A stretch of 63,569 bases of DNA, filler included, from Chiloscyllium plagiosum (Eukaryota), in NCBI RefSeq assembly GCF_004010195.1. It is 4 parts of 2 records of this genome, joined end to end, with 100 filler letters (N's around TTAATTAATTAA, not from the genome) between each part and the next. Parts side by side here need not be neighbours in the genome. Positions count along the whole stretch, not along the records: positions 1 to 17,411 come from NC_057711.1; 3 more parts are not named here. One strand, given 5' to 3'. Positions 1 to 12,829 of the stretch are shown piece after piece. A program made the translations under genes and the position numbers. How positions within the stretch are numbered: the first letter of the stretch is position 1; each line of letters begins with the position of its first letter. Below the pieces are notes generated by a model, which did not search any database, was not told the origin of the DNA, and worked only from the letters and a program-made list of their open reading frames with translations.

Positions 1-840
1 CCTCCCTTTCTATCCTTCCTGTAGCATTTGTATCCTGGAACATTAAGCTGCCAGTCCTGCCCATCCCTGAGCCATGTTTCTGTAATTGCTATGATATCCC
101 AGTCCCATGTTCCTAACCATGCCCTGAGTTCATCTGCCTTCCCTGTTATGTCCCTTGCATTGAAATAAATGCAGTTTAATTTATTAGTCCTACCTTGTCC
201 CTGCCTGCCCTGACTGACTCACTTCTGGTCTCAGCTGTACCAGTCTCAGATTGACCTCTTTCCTCACTATCTCCCTGGGTCCCACTCCCCAACCTTACTA
301 GTTTAAATCCTCCCGAGCAGTTGTAGGAAATCTTCCAGCCAGTGTATTAGTCCCTTTCCAATTTAGGTGCAATCCGTCCTTCTTGTACAGGCCACTTCTA
401 CCCCAAACAGCTTCCAGTGATCCAAAAATGTGAATCCTTCTCCCATACACCAGCTCCTCAGCCATGCATGCATCTGCTCTATCCTCCTATTCCTGCCCTC
501 ACTAGCTCGTAGCACCGGGAGTAATCCAGATATTACTACTTTCGAGGACTTCCTTTTTAAATTCCTGCCTAACTCTCTGTAATCTCCCTTAAGAAATCCA
601 ACCTTTTCCCTTCCTATGTCGTTGGTTCCAATTTGAACAATGACCTCTTGCTGGCCCCTGTCCCCCGTGAGAACATTCTGCACCCTCTGAGACATCCTTG
701 ATCCTAGCACCAGGGATGCAACACACCATTCTGATTTTTCACTGCTGGCCACAGAAACGTCTGTCTGTACCCAGAGCGTCCCCTAACACAATTGATCTCT
801 TGGAACCCAATGCACCCCTCATTGCATTAGAGCCAGTCTC
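1..840 (-). mobile_element. CR1/HER1-type LINE fragment: degenerate ORF1 SGNH esterase plus start of ORF2 AP-endonuclease
   Basis: Minus-strand translations give IVLGD..GTDRRFCG and VIVQIGTNDIGR..VVISGLLPV (SGNH esterase of CR1 ORF1). 1-190 reads LNCIYFNARDITGKADELRAWLGTWDWDIIAITETWL (APE N-terminus). Frameshifted; continues off the window edge. Confidence 0.92.
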
Positions 841-1365
841 GATACCAGAAACTTGGTCCTGGGCAGTGAGTGGAGAGGGGTGGATTTCGGAATGGAAGAC
901 ATGAAAACACAACTTTCTCCAATGTTCCACTTAAATTAACTACTGCAAGGCCTTGGGAGAAGGCTGGCAGTGAGCCTGATTGACAGGCAGATGGGAAAGA
1001 AGTCAAGGAGCAGCCATAAGGAAGGTAGCAGAGTGCAGGGTGGGAATTGGCCACAATTGGAGACCATGTCTAAGGAATGGGGAGTTTGCAAAAATTGCAA
1101 CCGTGGGGGGGGGGGAATGAGAATATGTGTTTACAAACTGATTAAAGCTTTGGGTGCCTGATACAATTACTTCTGTTTCACAACGAGTGCTGCAAAAGTT
1201 CTACTGGATCCAGCACACCTTTGCCTACTTTTACTCACTCAGTTTCCTGAGAGCCCAGCTTCCATGAGTTACAGATAAAAAAGTGTCCTTATAGCGGAAT
1301 ATGCAGCTTTGTTAAAACATCTTACTGATTGACTCACTTCCTTCCCTGGGAAGCAGGTAATTCAG

Positions 1366-1606
1366 CCCATCCAGACCCTCTGAAGAACATTCCACCCTGA
1401 CCCACCCCATCCCTGCATTTCCCATAGCTAATCCACCTAGCCTGCACATCCATGAATACTGTGGGCAGTTGAACATGACCAATCCACCTGACCTGCACAC
1501 AGGGAGAATGTGCAAACACCACACAGACAGTCACCCAAGGCTGGAAGCGAACCCAGGTCCATGCTGCTGTGAGGCAGCAGTCCTAACCACTGAGCCACAG
1601 TGTCAC
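1366..1606 (-). mobile_element. HE1-type V-SINE, diverged
   Basis: Reverse complement has tRNA-like head GTGGCTCAGTGGTTAGGACTGCTGCCTCACAGC...GGTTCG and part of the V-domain (GTCTGTGTGG..TTTGCACATTCTCC). Confidence 0.85.
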
Positions 1607-2400
1607 CCTCCTATTCATGGGGCAGAGTCCTTGTGAACATTTAAGGCTGAGATAGACAGATTCTTGATCAGTAGGGTTATGGGGAAAGGGCAGGAAAGTG
1701 GTTATGAGAAATGTTAGATCAGCCATGATCCTATTGTCAAGGAAGTTTCAAAGACATGAACTTAGAAAGATGTAATGCATGACAAACTGAACTGAGGGTG
1801 GGGGCAGGTGCTTATGAGTCCGAATGGGATTCTCTTCAGAGGGTCAGTGCTAACCTGATGGGCTGAATGGCCTCTTCTGCACTGTAGGGATTCTATGAAT
1901 TTCCATTAATATTTTCAGAGGCACAAACTGGTTTAAAATCATAGTTGCAGAAAGTCTGGCCGAGTCCATTATTAAACCCCTTCACAAAAATAGGCCAATA
2001 CCTATATTCCAATAGACCGAAATCAAAACTCTAAAAGATTTATTTTAACATATATATAAATTAAACACTGATCATCACTAAAGGTTGTTTTACAAAGGAT
2101 ATGCTAACTTGTAGGTACCTTTCTATCAGAACAAATGAACTAATATTTTAGAGAAAGCCAGTTGAACTAGGCTTTCCTGAGGGAACAAATAAAGTGAATT
2201 CACTGTCTGATTGTTAAAAGCAAATTTGCAGTCTGGTGTGCTAATCAGGCCAGATTTCCTTCTGGGACCTGACATAACAAGTGGAGGCTTTTGCAGAGAA
2301 CTCAAGTTCTTTGAATTTAAAAGAAATTTTCACCTCTCTTAAAGAAACAAGTGTACATGGAGGTGGTGGATATAAAATGGTTGCATTGTGGTGACATTAC

Positions 2401-2733
2401 AGAATCCCTACTGTATGGAAGCAGGCCATTCAGCCCATATCACCCTTCTAAAGAGTATCGCATCCAGTCCCAACCCCACCCCCTCACCCCCATCTCTGTA
2501 ACCCTAATTCACCTAGCCTGCACATTGCTGCATACTACGGGCAATTTAGCATGGATAATTCACCTAACCTGCACATCTTTGGACTGTGGGAGAAAACCAG
2601 CACACCCAGAGGAAACCCACGCAGACACGGTGAGAATGGGCAAACTCCACACAGACAGTTACTTGAGGGTGGTGTTGAACCCAGGTCCCGAGTGCTGTGA
2701 GGCAGCAGTGCTAACCACTGAGCCACCATGCCG
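2401..2733 (-). mobile_element. HE1-type V-SINE
   Basis: tRNA head, V-domain (GGGTTTCCTCTGGGTGTGCTGGTTTTCTCCCACAGTCCAAAGATGTGCAGG) and LINE-like tail on the minus strand. Confidence 0.9.
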
Positions 2734-2879
2734 AATACTCAGAAAGACAGCCAGACTATTGGAGTTGTGTTGTGTGATTTTTAACCTTGTACACCCCAGT
2801 CCAACACCAGCATCTCCAAATCATGAAGACTATTGGATGTTCTGAGTATTTTATCTCAAAAGTAAGAGTATTCCCTTAT

Positions 2880-3290
2880 GCTTCAAATGAAGCAGGTAAA
2901 CTGAAAGTTCGTTCTAAATTGCAGCATAATAACCACACCACTGACAGACCTACTGCAGAGAAAAGCAAAGGGATTAGGGGTGGAGAAGATTTTGAAAAGC
3001 TCAAGGTCATTTTAATAAGCAAATCTGGGTTTGCAGCAACAATGCTTAAAGTAGTTGTCGATGTTAGTAACATAGAGCAGAGGTAGCCCTCTTTCAGGAA
3101 CGTGTACCTGGAACAGAAGGACCACTCAGATATTTCTCCAGCAAACCAAACACACATCGGAAACAGTACTCCACAGTATAGAAGGAAGCCCTCAGTTATT
3201 AGAGGCTCTCAAAGGAGTAGAGAAAGAGTACAATCAACACTGACCATGGCTCATTAATGTTTGTGGGGAAACTTCATACACGCATAACTA
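2880..3290 (+). mobile_element. Gypsy LTR-retrotransposon pol relic (RT connection/RNase H)
   Basis: Across frameshifts reads FEKLKVILISK..KVVVDVSN..LFQE..GPLRYFSSKPNTHRKQYSTV*KEAL, matching the Gypsy RNase H pattern (DAS..G.VL.Q..P..YFS.KL...Q..YST.EKE.L). Confidence 0.75.
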
Positions 3291-3443
3291 ATAAACTCCT
3301 TTTGCTAACTCAAGAAAGCCTGGTTAAATTGGCTCCTTTCAAAAAGATGACTTTGTTTGGTCTGGTGGAACGATATTCATGAAAGAGGCTATCTTTGCGA
3401 ATAAGCCTTGTTGTGACCAATTGAGGGGACCGATAAGTGAAGA

Positions 3444-3666
3444 TGGTAAAATAACTGCACAGAGGCTGGTATCCTGTCACCAGGTCACCCTTTATTTACA
3501 TGGGCTCTGATCAGCTGGCTCAAAGCCAGTCCCTCGAGTGAGGAAGCTCTGTCAACCTCCTGTTTATATCTGCCAGAAGGGCTCCCTGATTAGCCCCAGG
3601 TTAACCATCCCAATCAGGGTCCTCATATGAAATGTGATCCACCTGGCCCTCATCCCAATCACTACA
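3444..3666 (-). mobile_element. Solo LTR (probably Gypsy)
   Basis: TG...CA termini. Minus strand shows CCAAT-type boxes, TATA (GATATAAA) and AATAAA in order. Flanks GAAGA (3439-3443) and GAAGG (3667-3671) form an imperfect 5-bp TSD. Confidence 0.7.
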
Positions 3667-3824
3667 GAAGGGAATTCAGTTCATCACTCCTCACCGGAAG
3701 TTTTCTTGTTTTATATTAATCCATGTTGGCTGGACCACCATCTATTGCCCATCCCTAGTTGCTCTTGAAAAGGTGGAGGTGAGCTGTCTTCTTGAACTGC
3801 TGCAATCCATTTAGAGTGCATATA

Positions 3825-4321
3825 GAGTCATACAGCACAGAAACAATCCCTTCAGTCCAACTCATCCATGCTGACCAGACATCCTAACCTAATCTAGTCC
3901 CATTTGCAAGCACTTGGCCCACATCCCTCTAAACCCTTGCTATTCATATACCTGTCCAGATGCCTTTTAAATGCTGCAATTGTACCAGCCTCCACCACTT
4001 CCTCTGGCAGCTCATTACATACACATACCAGTCTCTGCATGAAAATGTTGCCACTTAGGTCTCTTTTAAATCTTTCCCCTCTCACCCCAAACCTATGCCC
4101 TCTAGTTTTGGATCCCCCACCCTGGGAAAAAGACCTTGGATATTCACCCTATCCAAGCCCCTCATGATTTTATAAACCTCCATAAGGTCACCTCTCAGCC
4201 TCCGATGCTCTAGGGAAAATAATCCAGCCTGACCCTATAGCTCAAACTCTCCAATCCTGGCAACATCCTTGTAAATCTTTTCTGAACTCTTTCAAGTTTA
4301 ACAACATCCTTCCTATAGCAG
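3825..4321 (-). mobile_element. CR1/HER1 LINE 3' fragment
   Basis: ORF2 C-terminus RGERFKRDLSGNIFMQRLVCVCNELPEEVVEAGTIAAFKRHLDRYM plus 3' UTR ending in ATGACTCT. Confidence 0.92.
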
Positions 4322-5914
4322 GACACAGTCCAGCCTGATAGAGGAACCAATCCCATTACACTATTAGGTGATGATCAATGTGTTCTCCAAAGTAACTATC
4401 TTTTTTCAGTGCTGTGAGGAAGGGAGTTTCAGCATTTTGACCCAGTGACATTGAAAGAAAGAACTACAATTTATTTCTGTTAAGTTTGACATTTTGAGGT
4501 ATCCCATCCAGACGTGTAATAACTCCTGGCCTTTCAATGTGAAACTGCACATGGTCATGTAGAAAAATGATGGTTTGATTGATGATTTATAACATTCCCG
4601 TCCTGCCAGCTGCTCCTAAACACTAAAACAAACTCATCCAATACATCCTCCTTTCCTCTCCATCATCAGCCAGCCAGTCTCCTGAAATTTGCAAAGAAGA
4701 AGAAAACAAATTTTAACAAAGAAATGCTAGGAAATTCCACTCTCAAACTGTACACACAACCTCCAGCCTCCCCCACCCCCACCACAATTCCCTCTTTAAG
4801 CAATCAAGTACACTCCATGAGACTGCAGCCGTAGACAAACTGACCACTCGTACCTACACCCACTTCCTGTAGCTCAAGTTGCCTTCCATTCACAGAAAAT
4901 TATCAACTTTCCTTTGGACACACTCCCTGGCTATACCGACATTTTAGCTCAAATGGCAATACCTCCTTACAAATATAACTTCCTAACATCAGGCAAATGA
5001 ATATGCAGGAATACACAGGCAGAAAAAGACCCATCAAGCCTGTACAGCATCTATAATATCTATTACACCATGACCATTTTGCCAGTGCATTTTAACTGTT
5101 ACTAATTGCTACTTTTGTCCCTCACAAATTCAGTAATGATGTAATCGCTTTGAGAGTCAAGCAAGTAAGGAAAAATGTCAGGGCCAACAAGAGGAAACAT
5201 TTGAAAACTCCTTCACCAATCTCCTCAACAATCAAAACCAGTCCAGGGGACCTCATGAGCCGTACATTAATGAACTGAAGAGCTACTTATTGTTGAAGTT
5301 AAAATACCCAATCACTCATTCGGTTTCTCATTGCCCATCTCAGATCAAGACTGTAATAATGTTTTCTCCATATAGTGCCCAGCAGTGAAAATCCACATTT
5401 GTTCCTCATCATTCTGAGTGACTCCTTTCTCTATCTTGCTGGACAAATTCAGGTTACAACGTCGGAAATAAGTATTAGCAAGTAATGAATTTTCAGCAAC
5501 ATATCAAGCAATGTGATGCATTAGATTCATCTGAAAATAACTGCAATGAAAGGAGAATTAGGTGCCCCGATGGATGAGTTGGCTGGGACTCAATTGCCTT
5601 GAGTACATATTTCTTCTTGTGATCTTGGAAATGAAGAAGTGTTTGGACCTTTTGGCCAGATTTTCAACTTTGACAAGATACTGTGGAAATAACTCGGAAC
5701 AGATCTTATTCCTGTGGTATGGACAACTGTTAACAGTGTGACCATGGATTCGATCAGACTAGCTTAGTCTTCTCGTGCCATCAATGCTTTTAAAATATAT
5801 TCAGTTTTGGAGCAACTTCAGGTGTGATTTATATGGTCTCGATGTGACATTTTTCATTTAGGAGGACAGGAAAATTGATTGAGGGACGAGTACTGTTATA
5901 ACCTCGGTAGATGA

Positions 5915-6282
5915 TTAGATTACCTACAGTGTGGAAACAGGCCCAATCAGTCCACACTATCCCTCTGAAGAGTAACCCACCCAGACACATTTCCCTCTGA
6001 TTAATGCACCTAACACTATGGGCAGTTTACCATGGCCAATTCACCTGAACTGCACATTTTTGGACGGTAGGAGGAAACCTGAGCCAATTTGGATCCCTCC
6101 GGAGATCTGCTGCCCTAAGCTTGACATGTATGCTCGAACCGTCAGGAATTATGTAATTGCCAGTTCAGCAGACACGGGGAGAACATGCAAACGCCACACA
6201 GACAGTCGCCCGAGGCTGGAATCGAACCAGGTACCCTGTTGCTGTGAGGCAGCAGTGCTAACCACTGAGCCATCGTGCCACC
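5915..6282 (-). mobile_element. HE1-type V-SINE carrying an 83-bp foreign insert (6081-6163)
   Basis: SINE head, V-domain and tail present; part of the V-domain is replaced by a copy of 7735-7817. Confidence 0.9.
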
Positions 6283-6529
6283 CCTTTATATTACTGGACA
6301 GATCACATCCCAGACTAAAATCTGGCTTGACAGATTTTTTTTTTTATTTTAACAAGATGAGCTTTCACTGAAACATATGCTTATAATATCGAAGATTTTG
6401 TTTTAACAATAAGATGGGTGTTAAGGATCCCAGAGCACTATTTGAAGAGCAAGAAAGTTTGCAAAGTGGCTAATGTTTATCCCTCAACCAGCACCACTGA
6501 AATGGATGATCTAATCATATATTTGCGTC

Positions 6530-6955
6530 ACAGGTAGGCAGGATGGTTAAGAAGGAATTTAGCATGCTTGCTTTCATTGCTCAAAGCTTTGAATATAGGA
6601 ATTGGGACATTATGTTGAGGTTGTACACGATGTTTGTGGTCTTTTCCCTCGGGTGGGAGAGTTTAAAAAAAGAGAGCATGTTTTTAAGGTCAGAGGCGAA
6701 AGATTTAATTAAGACACAAGGGGCAACCTTTTTACACAGAGACTGGTTAGTGTGTGAATGAACTTCCAGAGAAATTGGTGGATCCAGATACAATTACAAT
6801 GTTTTAAAGACATTTGGATAGGTTTGTGAATAGGAACGTTTTGGAGGGATATGGGCTAAATGCAGGCAGGTGGGACTAGCTTTAGTTTGGGAACATAGTC
6901 GGCATGGTCTGGTTAGACTGAAGAGTCTGTTTCTGTGTCATATGACTCTAAGACT
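6530..6955 (+). mobile_element. CR1/HER1 LINE 3' fragment with internal deletion
   Basis: MVKKEFSMLAFIAQSFEYRNWDIMLRLY, then the C-terminal and 3' UTR motifs shared with other copies in the window. Confidence 0.85.
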
Positions 6956-7317
6956 ATTTATTCACTTGCTTTTAATTGGAACCCTGTTGTACAGAAATTG
7001 ACTGATCCATTTCCTGCAGGAGTGAATCAAAAAAGCACAGAATTGACTGAAAGCATTTTGTGATGTCGCAAAATTGTGAAAAGTACTGAATAAATACAAA
7101 TCTTTCTTTCTACCCGTTTTGAATCCTTACGAATTGTTTGCACACATTAGCAGAAAATACAGCAACAGGTTGCCAGAACCTGTTCTTGGTACATAACGTT
7201 CAATTTTACAAAAATTCCCAAAATACCTCCTCAGCAAATCTAGTTTAAAGGGAACCAGATTATCATTTGTGCCCCTTGAGACCATGGTTTACTTTCCCAA
7301 TGTGAATATTATATCCT

Positions 7318-10300
7318 CATTGTGCTCAAGATACAGCAGTACAGTCACGAGACATTGCCAAGCAGAAAAGGTGACAGAACTACACCATGTACATGCACAC
7401 CAAGAACCAGAAACTGGAAAAACTTGGCATCACCACCAGCAGTAGCCAACCCTCCCCTGGCACCACAGATGAATACGTTACCACCATGGGGAAATCGATC
7501 GCCAACTTATTGGACCACACCCTTCAACTGGAAGAGATTGAAGTTCTTAGCCGAGGGATCAATTTCTGCCCCACCACCAAAATCGACCTCATGGGTCTTG
7601 TGGCAGACATGGAGGAATGCATCAGACGAATGAGACTCTGGGAATTCTTCCAAGATGTCAGCAGTGATCCCAAGGAGCAAACCGACAAACCGGAATAGTC
7701 ATCAGAGAGATCTGTAGAGGAGCGACCAAAAAAGGAGCCGATTTGGATCCCTCCGGAGATCTGCTGCCCTAAGCTTGACATGTATGCTCGAACCGTCAGG
7801 AATTATGTAATTGCCAGATTCATCAGCCACTCCCACAAGGTAGAGCAAAACATCACCCGATCACACCGCAACACCATCCATGCTCTCAAAGCCAATCGCA
7901 ACATTGTCATCAAACCAGGAAATAAAGGAGGAGCCATTGTCATTCAGAATAGAACAGATTACTGCAAGGAAGTGTACCGACAACTGAACAACCAGGAACA
8001 TTACAGGCAATTATCAGCCGATCCGGCCAAAGAGCACACCCGTGAACTAAACACATTGATCAAGATTTTTGATCCAGTCCTTCAGAGTTCCCTACATGCT
8101 CTCACCCCACATACTTCTCACATAGGGGATTTCTACTGCCTTCAGAAGGTACACAAAGCCAGCACACCCGGACATCCCATCATATCAGGCAATGGGATGC
8201 TGTGTGAGAACCTCTCTGGCTATGTCAAGGGCATCTTGACTCCCAGCTTCTGTCACAGCATTACAGATTTCTTACAGAAACTCAGCACCACGGACCAGTC
8301 GAACTAGGAACATTCCTCGTCACACTGGATGTGTTAGCACTCTACACCAGCATCCCCCACAATGACGGAATTGCGGCAACAGCCTCAGTACTCAACACCA
8401 ACAACTGCCAATCTCCGAGCACCATCCTATACCTCATCCGCTTTATCCGCAACCATAACATTTTCACCTTTGACAACCAGTTCCTCATCCAGACACACCG
8501 AACGGCCATGGGGACTAAACTTGTGCCCAGTATGCCAACATTTTCATGCATAGTTTTGAACAAGACTTCTTTGCTGCACAGGATCTCCAACCAACACTAT
8601 TCCCCAGATATATTGACAACATTTTCTTCCTCTGGACCCATGGCGAGGAGTCACTGAAACAGCTACCCAGTGATATCAACGAGTTTCATCCCACCGTCAG
8701 ACTTATCATGGACTACTCTTTAGTATCTGTCTCATTCTTGGACTCATGTATCTCCATCAAAGATGGGCACCTCAGTACCCCACTCTATCGCAAACCCATG
8801 GATAATCTCACAATGCTACACTTCTCCAGCTTCCACCCTAAACATATTAAAACAGCCATTCCCTATGGGTAAGCCCTATGGATACACAGGATTTGCTCAG
8901 ATGAGGGGGAACATGATGGACACCTGAAGGTAATTAAGGATGTCATCATAAGAACAGGGTACAATGCTCAACTTTTTGATCGCCAGTTCCGACGTGCCAC
9001 AGCGAGAAACATTAATGACCTCCTCAAGAGACAAACACGGGTTGCAACTGACAGTGTACTCTTCATTGCCCAGTACTTCCCAGGAGCCAAAAAACTGCAC
9101 CATGTTCTTCACAGCCTGCAATATATTATCGATGAGGATGAGCATCTCGCTAAGACCTTCCCCGCACCTCCACTGCTTGCCTTTAAACAACCACCAAACC
9201 TTAAATGGACGATTGTTCACAACAAATTGCCCAGCCTTCAGGACAACATCGACCACAAAACCATACAACTCTGTCATGGCAACCACTGCAACCGTATCAG
9301 ATTGTCGACACTGATACCGCCATTACATGTGGGGACACCATCTACCCTGCACGTAGCAGGCACTCATGTCATTCGGCTAACCTTATCTAACTCATACGCT
9401 GCAGGCAAGGATGCCCCGAGACATGGTACATTGGTGCGACAACAGATGAATGAACACTGCGCAATAATCACAGACAGGGGTGTTCCCTCCCAGTCGGGAC
9501 GGACATTCAGCCTCAGATCTTCGAGTGACCATCCTCCAAGGTAGACTTCAGGACAGGCAACAACGCAACATGGCTAAATAGAGGCTGATAGCCAAGTTCA
9601 GTACCCATGGGGATGGCCTCAACCAGGACCATGGGTTAATGTCACACTACAGGTGACCCATTGCACTATACACTCTCTCTCTCACACACACACCCTCTCA
9701 CAGGCTTATACTCCATCACACCCACAAACACACTTTACCAAGCTTTCACACATGCAAATGTACACCCTCTCACGTGCACTCACACTCACACACACAAACT
9801 TACATGCATACCTCTCTATCTCTCTCTCTCTCTCTCTCATGCATGTGCACACACATTTAAGTCTATGGGGTGAATTTGCATTTGCAGAATTATATTTGCA
9901 TATACATTTTATTTTGATCAAAAATGCACAATCTGCTGACAGTCAATACATGTAATATTTTGTAAATTCCACTTTGGAAATAGAACCAGTCTGATTCAAG
10001 ATTGGGATCAGACAGACTTTGACCTCACACCTTTAATGCATTGTCTGAGCAGGGATGTCACCTTTTGTTAAAAAACCTTATCTCAAGAAGGTGACTTAAA
10101 AGAAGTTCTGGGATATACATCTTAATGAACTGAAACCAGCAAATCATTCTAAAAGATGAAAAACTAAATAAAATTCCAGGTTTGTTCAATGTATCATTTC
10201 AGTTGCATGACACTGTAATCGTTTCCAAAAATTCTGTGTCTTATGGTCTTATTCCCCACAACCACCTGATGAAGGAGCAGCACTCTGAAAGCTAATGGAT

Positions 10301-10384
10301 CCAAATAAACCTGTTGGACTATAACCTGGTGTTGTTTGATTTTTAACTTTGTTCACCCCAGTCCAACACCGGTTCCTCCACATC
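7318..10384 (+). mobile_element. Penelope-like element (family A), near full length, inactivated
   Basis: RT motifs IVIKPGNKGGAIVI, FYCLQKVHK..PGHPIIS, LDVLALYTSIP, TAMGT, RYIDNIF, FLDSCI, LYRKP. GIY-YIG remnant (LI*LIRCRQGCPETWYIG near 9382-9435). CA/CT-rich 3' region and terminal pLTR. 13-bp TSD AATATTATATCCT (7305-7317) / AATGTTATATCCT (10385-10397). Multiple stops and frameshifts. Confidence 0.95.
10262..10298 (+). ncRNA. Minimal type I hammerhead ribozyme motif in PLE pLTR
   Basis: CTGATGA (10266-10272), stem II GGAG/CTCT, GAAA (10287-10290), palindromic AGCT stem III, short stem I. Same layout as established PLE-associated minimal hammerheads. Confidence 0.75.
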
Positions 10385-11068
10385 AATGTTATATCCTGAC
10401 AATACAAGGTCCGCACTAAAAAAGGTTCCTTTCATTTCCCATTCACACAATTATAGTGACTCCAAAGATTTAAATCCTGTCTCTTGCAGAATCATAGAGG
10501 CTACAACATAGAAGAGACCACTTGATCCATTTGCACTATTACTTTGACTGGAGCTCTCTATTTTAACCCATTCCCTGCCATTCATTATGGTTTTTTTTTA
10601 TGTTCCTTCTTTTCAAACCCTTTTCCAACTCTCTTTTAATTTTCTCTGCATCAAAAGCCACTTATGATAAGTAATTGCCTTCCAAAAGAAGACATTCAGT
10701 GGTAATTGTCAACCTGTGTCTCCTTGTCATCAATTCACCAACCAATGGTGCTGCAAATACCTAGTTCATGGTTCATGTGTTTTCATATGTAGATTTTGGC
10801 TTTCAGAATTAAAGTTTAAAGTGAAAAATCAGATAAATGGAACCAAAGCATCTTGAGGTTTAGTGCACTTAGAACATTGGATTGCATTGTGTTAAGAGGT
10901 TAACAGCTGGAAAGGTAGGATCAACAAAAGCAGGTGGACTTGATGAGCCGAAGATGTGATGCCAACATGGCTTGCAAAGTTGACACTCCAAGAATTATTT
11001 CTTTTAGAAATTAAAACTCAGTGAGTTAAAAGCATTCAATGAACTCTGATGAGCTGTAAAACCCACTT

Positions 11069-11300
11069 GGTGAAAGTGAGGACCGCAGATGCTGGAGATC
11101 AGAGTTGAGAGTGTGGTGCTGGAAAAGCACAGCAGGTCAGGCAGCATATCTGAGGAGCGGAGAATCAACATTTTGGGCATAAGCCCTTCATCAGGAATCA
11201 CCCTTCCTGATGAAAGGCTTATGCCCAAACCGGTGACTCTCCTGCTCCTCGGATGCTGCCTGACCTGCTGTGTTTTTCCAGTGCCACACTTTTTGACTCA
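11069..11300. mobile_element. Fold-back PLE family B terminus with two opposed hammerhead cores
   Basis: About 95-bp inverted arms around a loop at about 11198-11203. TCATCAG at 11188-11194 and CTGATGA at 11207-11213. Confidence 0.85.
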
Positions 11301-11415
11301 GGTTCAGGATAGCTCAGTGAAAGCTATGCTATCATCACAATGGCTGGAAATGAAGAAAGTTCTCTGGCTTCAACTTACCTGTGTATTCGCTGGAAGTAGG
11401 AGTTACTTATAGTTT

Positions 11416-12322
11416 GTAACTAAGAGAGTGCCGAATCAAAAGACAGATTCCAGACCCCAGCACATGCTGCTGTTAGCGGACTCCAGGAAACTGGGGCTCA
11501 GAAGAAGTCTGAGAAACTGTTGACTCTGTTCACTGGCAAGAAGGTTAGACTTAAAAGAATCCAGAGGAGGCATTGACAAATCTGTGTAGCTGTGAGTGTG
11601 GTGAAAGATGTCCATCAGTAGCAGTTTGCTACTGAGATGGATTGGAACTTGGAAATATTCGGTGGTAAATTGTTAAACTTGCTGTTTGATAAAAGCTGGA
11701 ATTGTGCTGTTAATTAGGTGATTGGAAGCAGTTTCAGGGATCCTGGGGATCTCAGTCTTGGGAGGAAATTAAATTACCAAGACATCAGCAGTCATTCAGG
11801 CAGTGTGCTTCAGAATGACTTTGAGGGCATTTCAAGGCATTGAGGGCATATCTTTAAAAGTGAAAAATTAGAATCCCTTGTAAAGGTAACAGAGTTTTAA
11901 GGAGACTTAATGACCCACAGGGTCACTGATGCTTGGATGGGAGATGGTTTGGCCACATTTAAAATGCGGTCTGTGAAAAGTTTGACAACATTTGTTCTTT
12001 AGCTCATATTTACACCATGTGGATCTGGCATATTTGGGTTTAAATGGTAGAAATCATATTTACGATTTAGAATAATTACCTTACCTGCTCAATACTCCTA
12101 TGAATCATTACTTTTCTCGTTTGTTTTGATTCTGTTTAAGTGGTAAAAGTGTTTTGGCGTTTCTGCTCATCTCTGAAATCCTGCCTGAAAATTTTCTTAC
12201 ACTCAGCACTTCCGTATCTTCTACTTTTTTAAACATCAGGCTAGATCATAACAAAGGCTCGGCTCATCCAGTCATTTTGTAACTCAAATCATAACAAAGT
12301 GGTGCTTGTTGAGATCGTAACA
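11416..12322 (+). mobile_element. Possible old solo LTR
   Basis: Begins TGTAAC and ends GATCGTAACA (short terminal inverted match). No internal coding evidence and no TSD seen. Confidence 0.3.
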
Positions 12323-12829
12323 GTGAAAACAATAATTCACTGTTGAAAGAATTTTTTTTTAAATTTGGAGGTTTTTAAGAATTATGGACTGCAAGGAGAA
12401 AGAATTGTTTTTAAAAATAGAAATTTACCAGAAAGACTGCATAATATCACAGCAAGGAATTTGATACCTATTGTGAACGTCTTTGTGTCTCTGGGTTCCT
12501 GCAATGTGCAGACAATCAAGGAGTTCCTTATAATTGAAGCTGATTAGTTCTAAGCTAACTGAGCAGTTTGGAACTGGAAACAAGTGACAGAGACAGAGAG
12601 AGAAGAAGGCACAGGAGAGAGGGCTGCTGTTCTCTCCAGCAGATGCTACTTATTCTGTGCAGTAAAACGTAGTTTAACCTTGGGGAAAACCAATTGCCTT
12701 TCCTTCAGCAGTTGCTGTGAACTGTGGCTTTTGAATTACTAGATCAGAAACATATTCCAAGTGAAACAGTTGCTGTGTACTTCTTACGAACCACTGGAAG
12801 CTTACAGTGAAACACATCTGAACATGGTG

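Noticed and set aside
9653..9955. His/Thr-rich ORFs (also 19114-19398)
   Set aside because: Translation of the CA/CT-rich tract inside PLE family A.
11046..11062. Extra CTGATGA upstream of the fold-back element as a third hammerhead
   Set aside because: No stem II or GAAA follows; likely chance.
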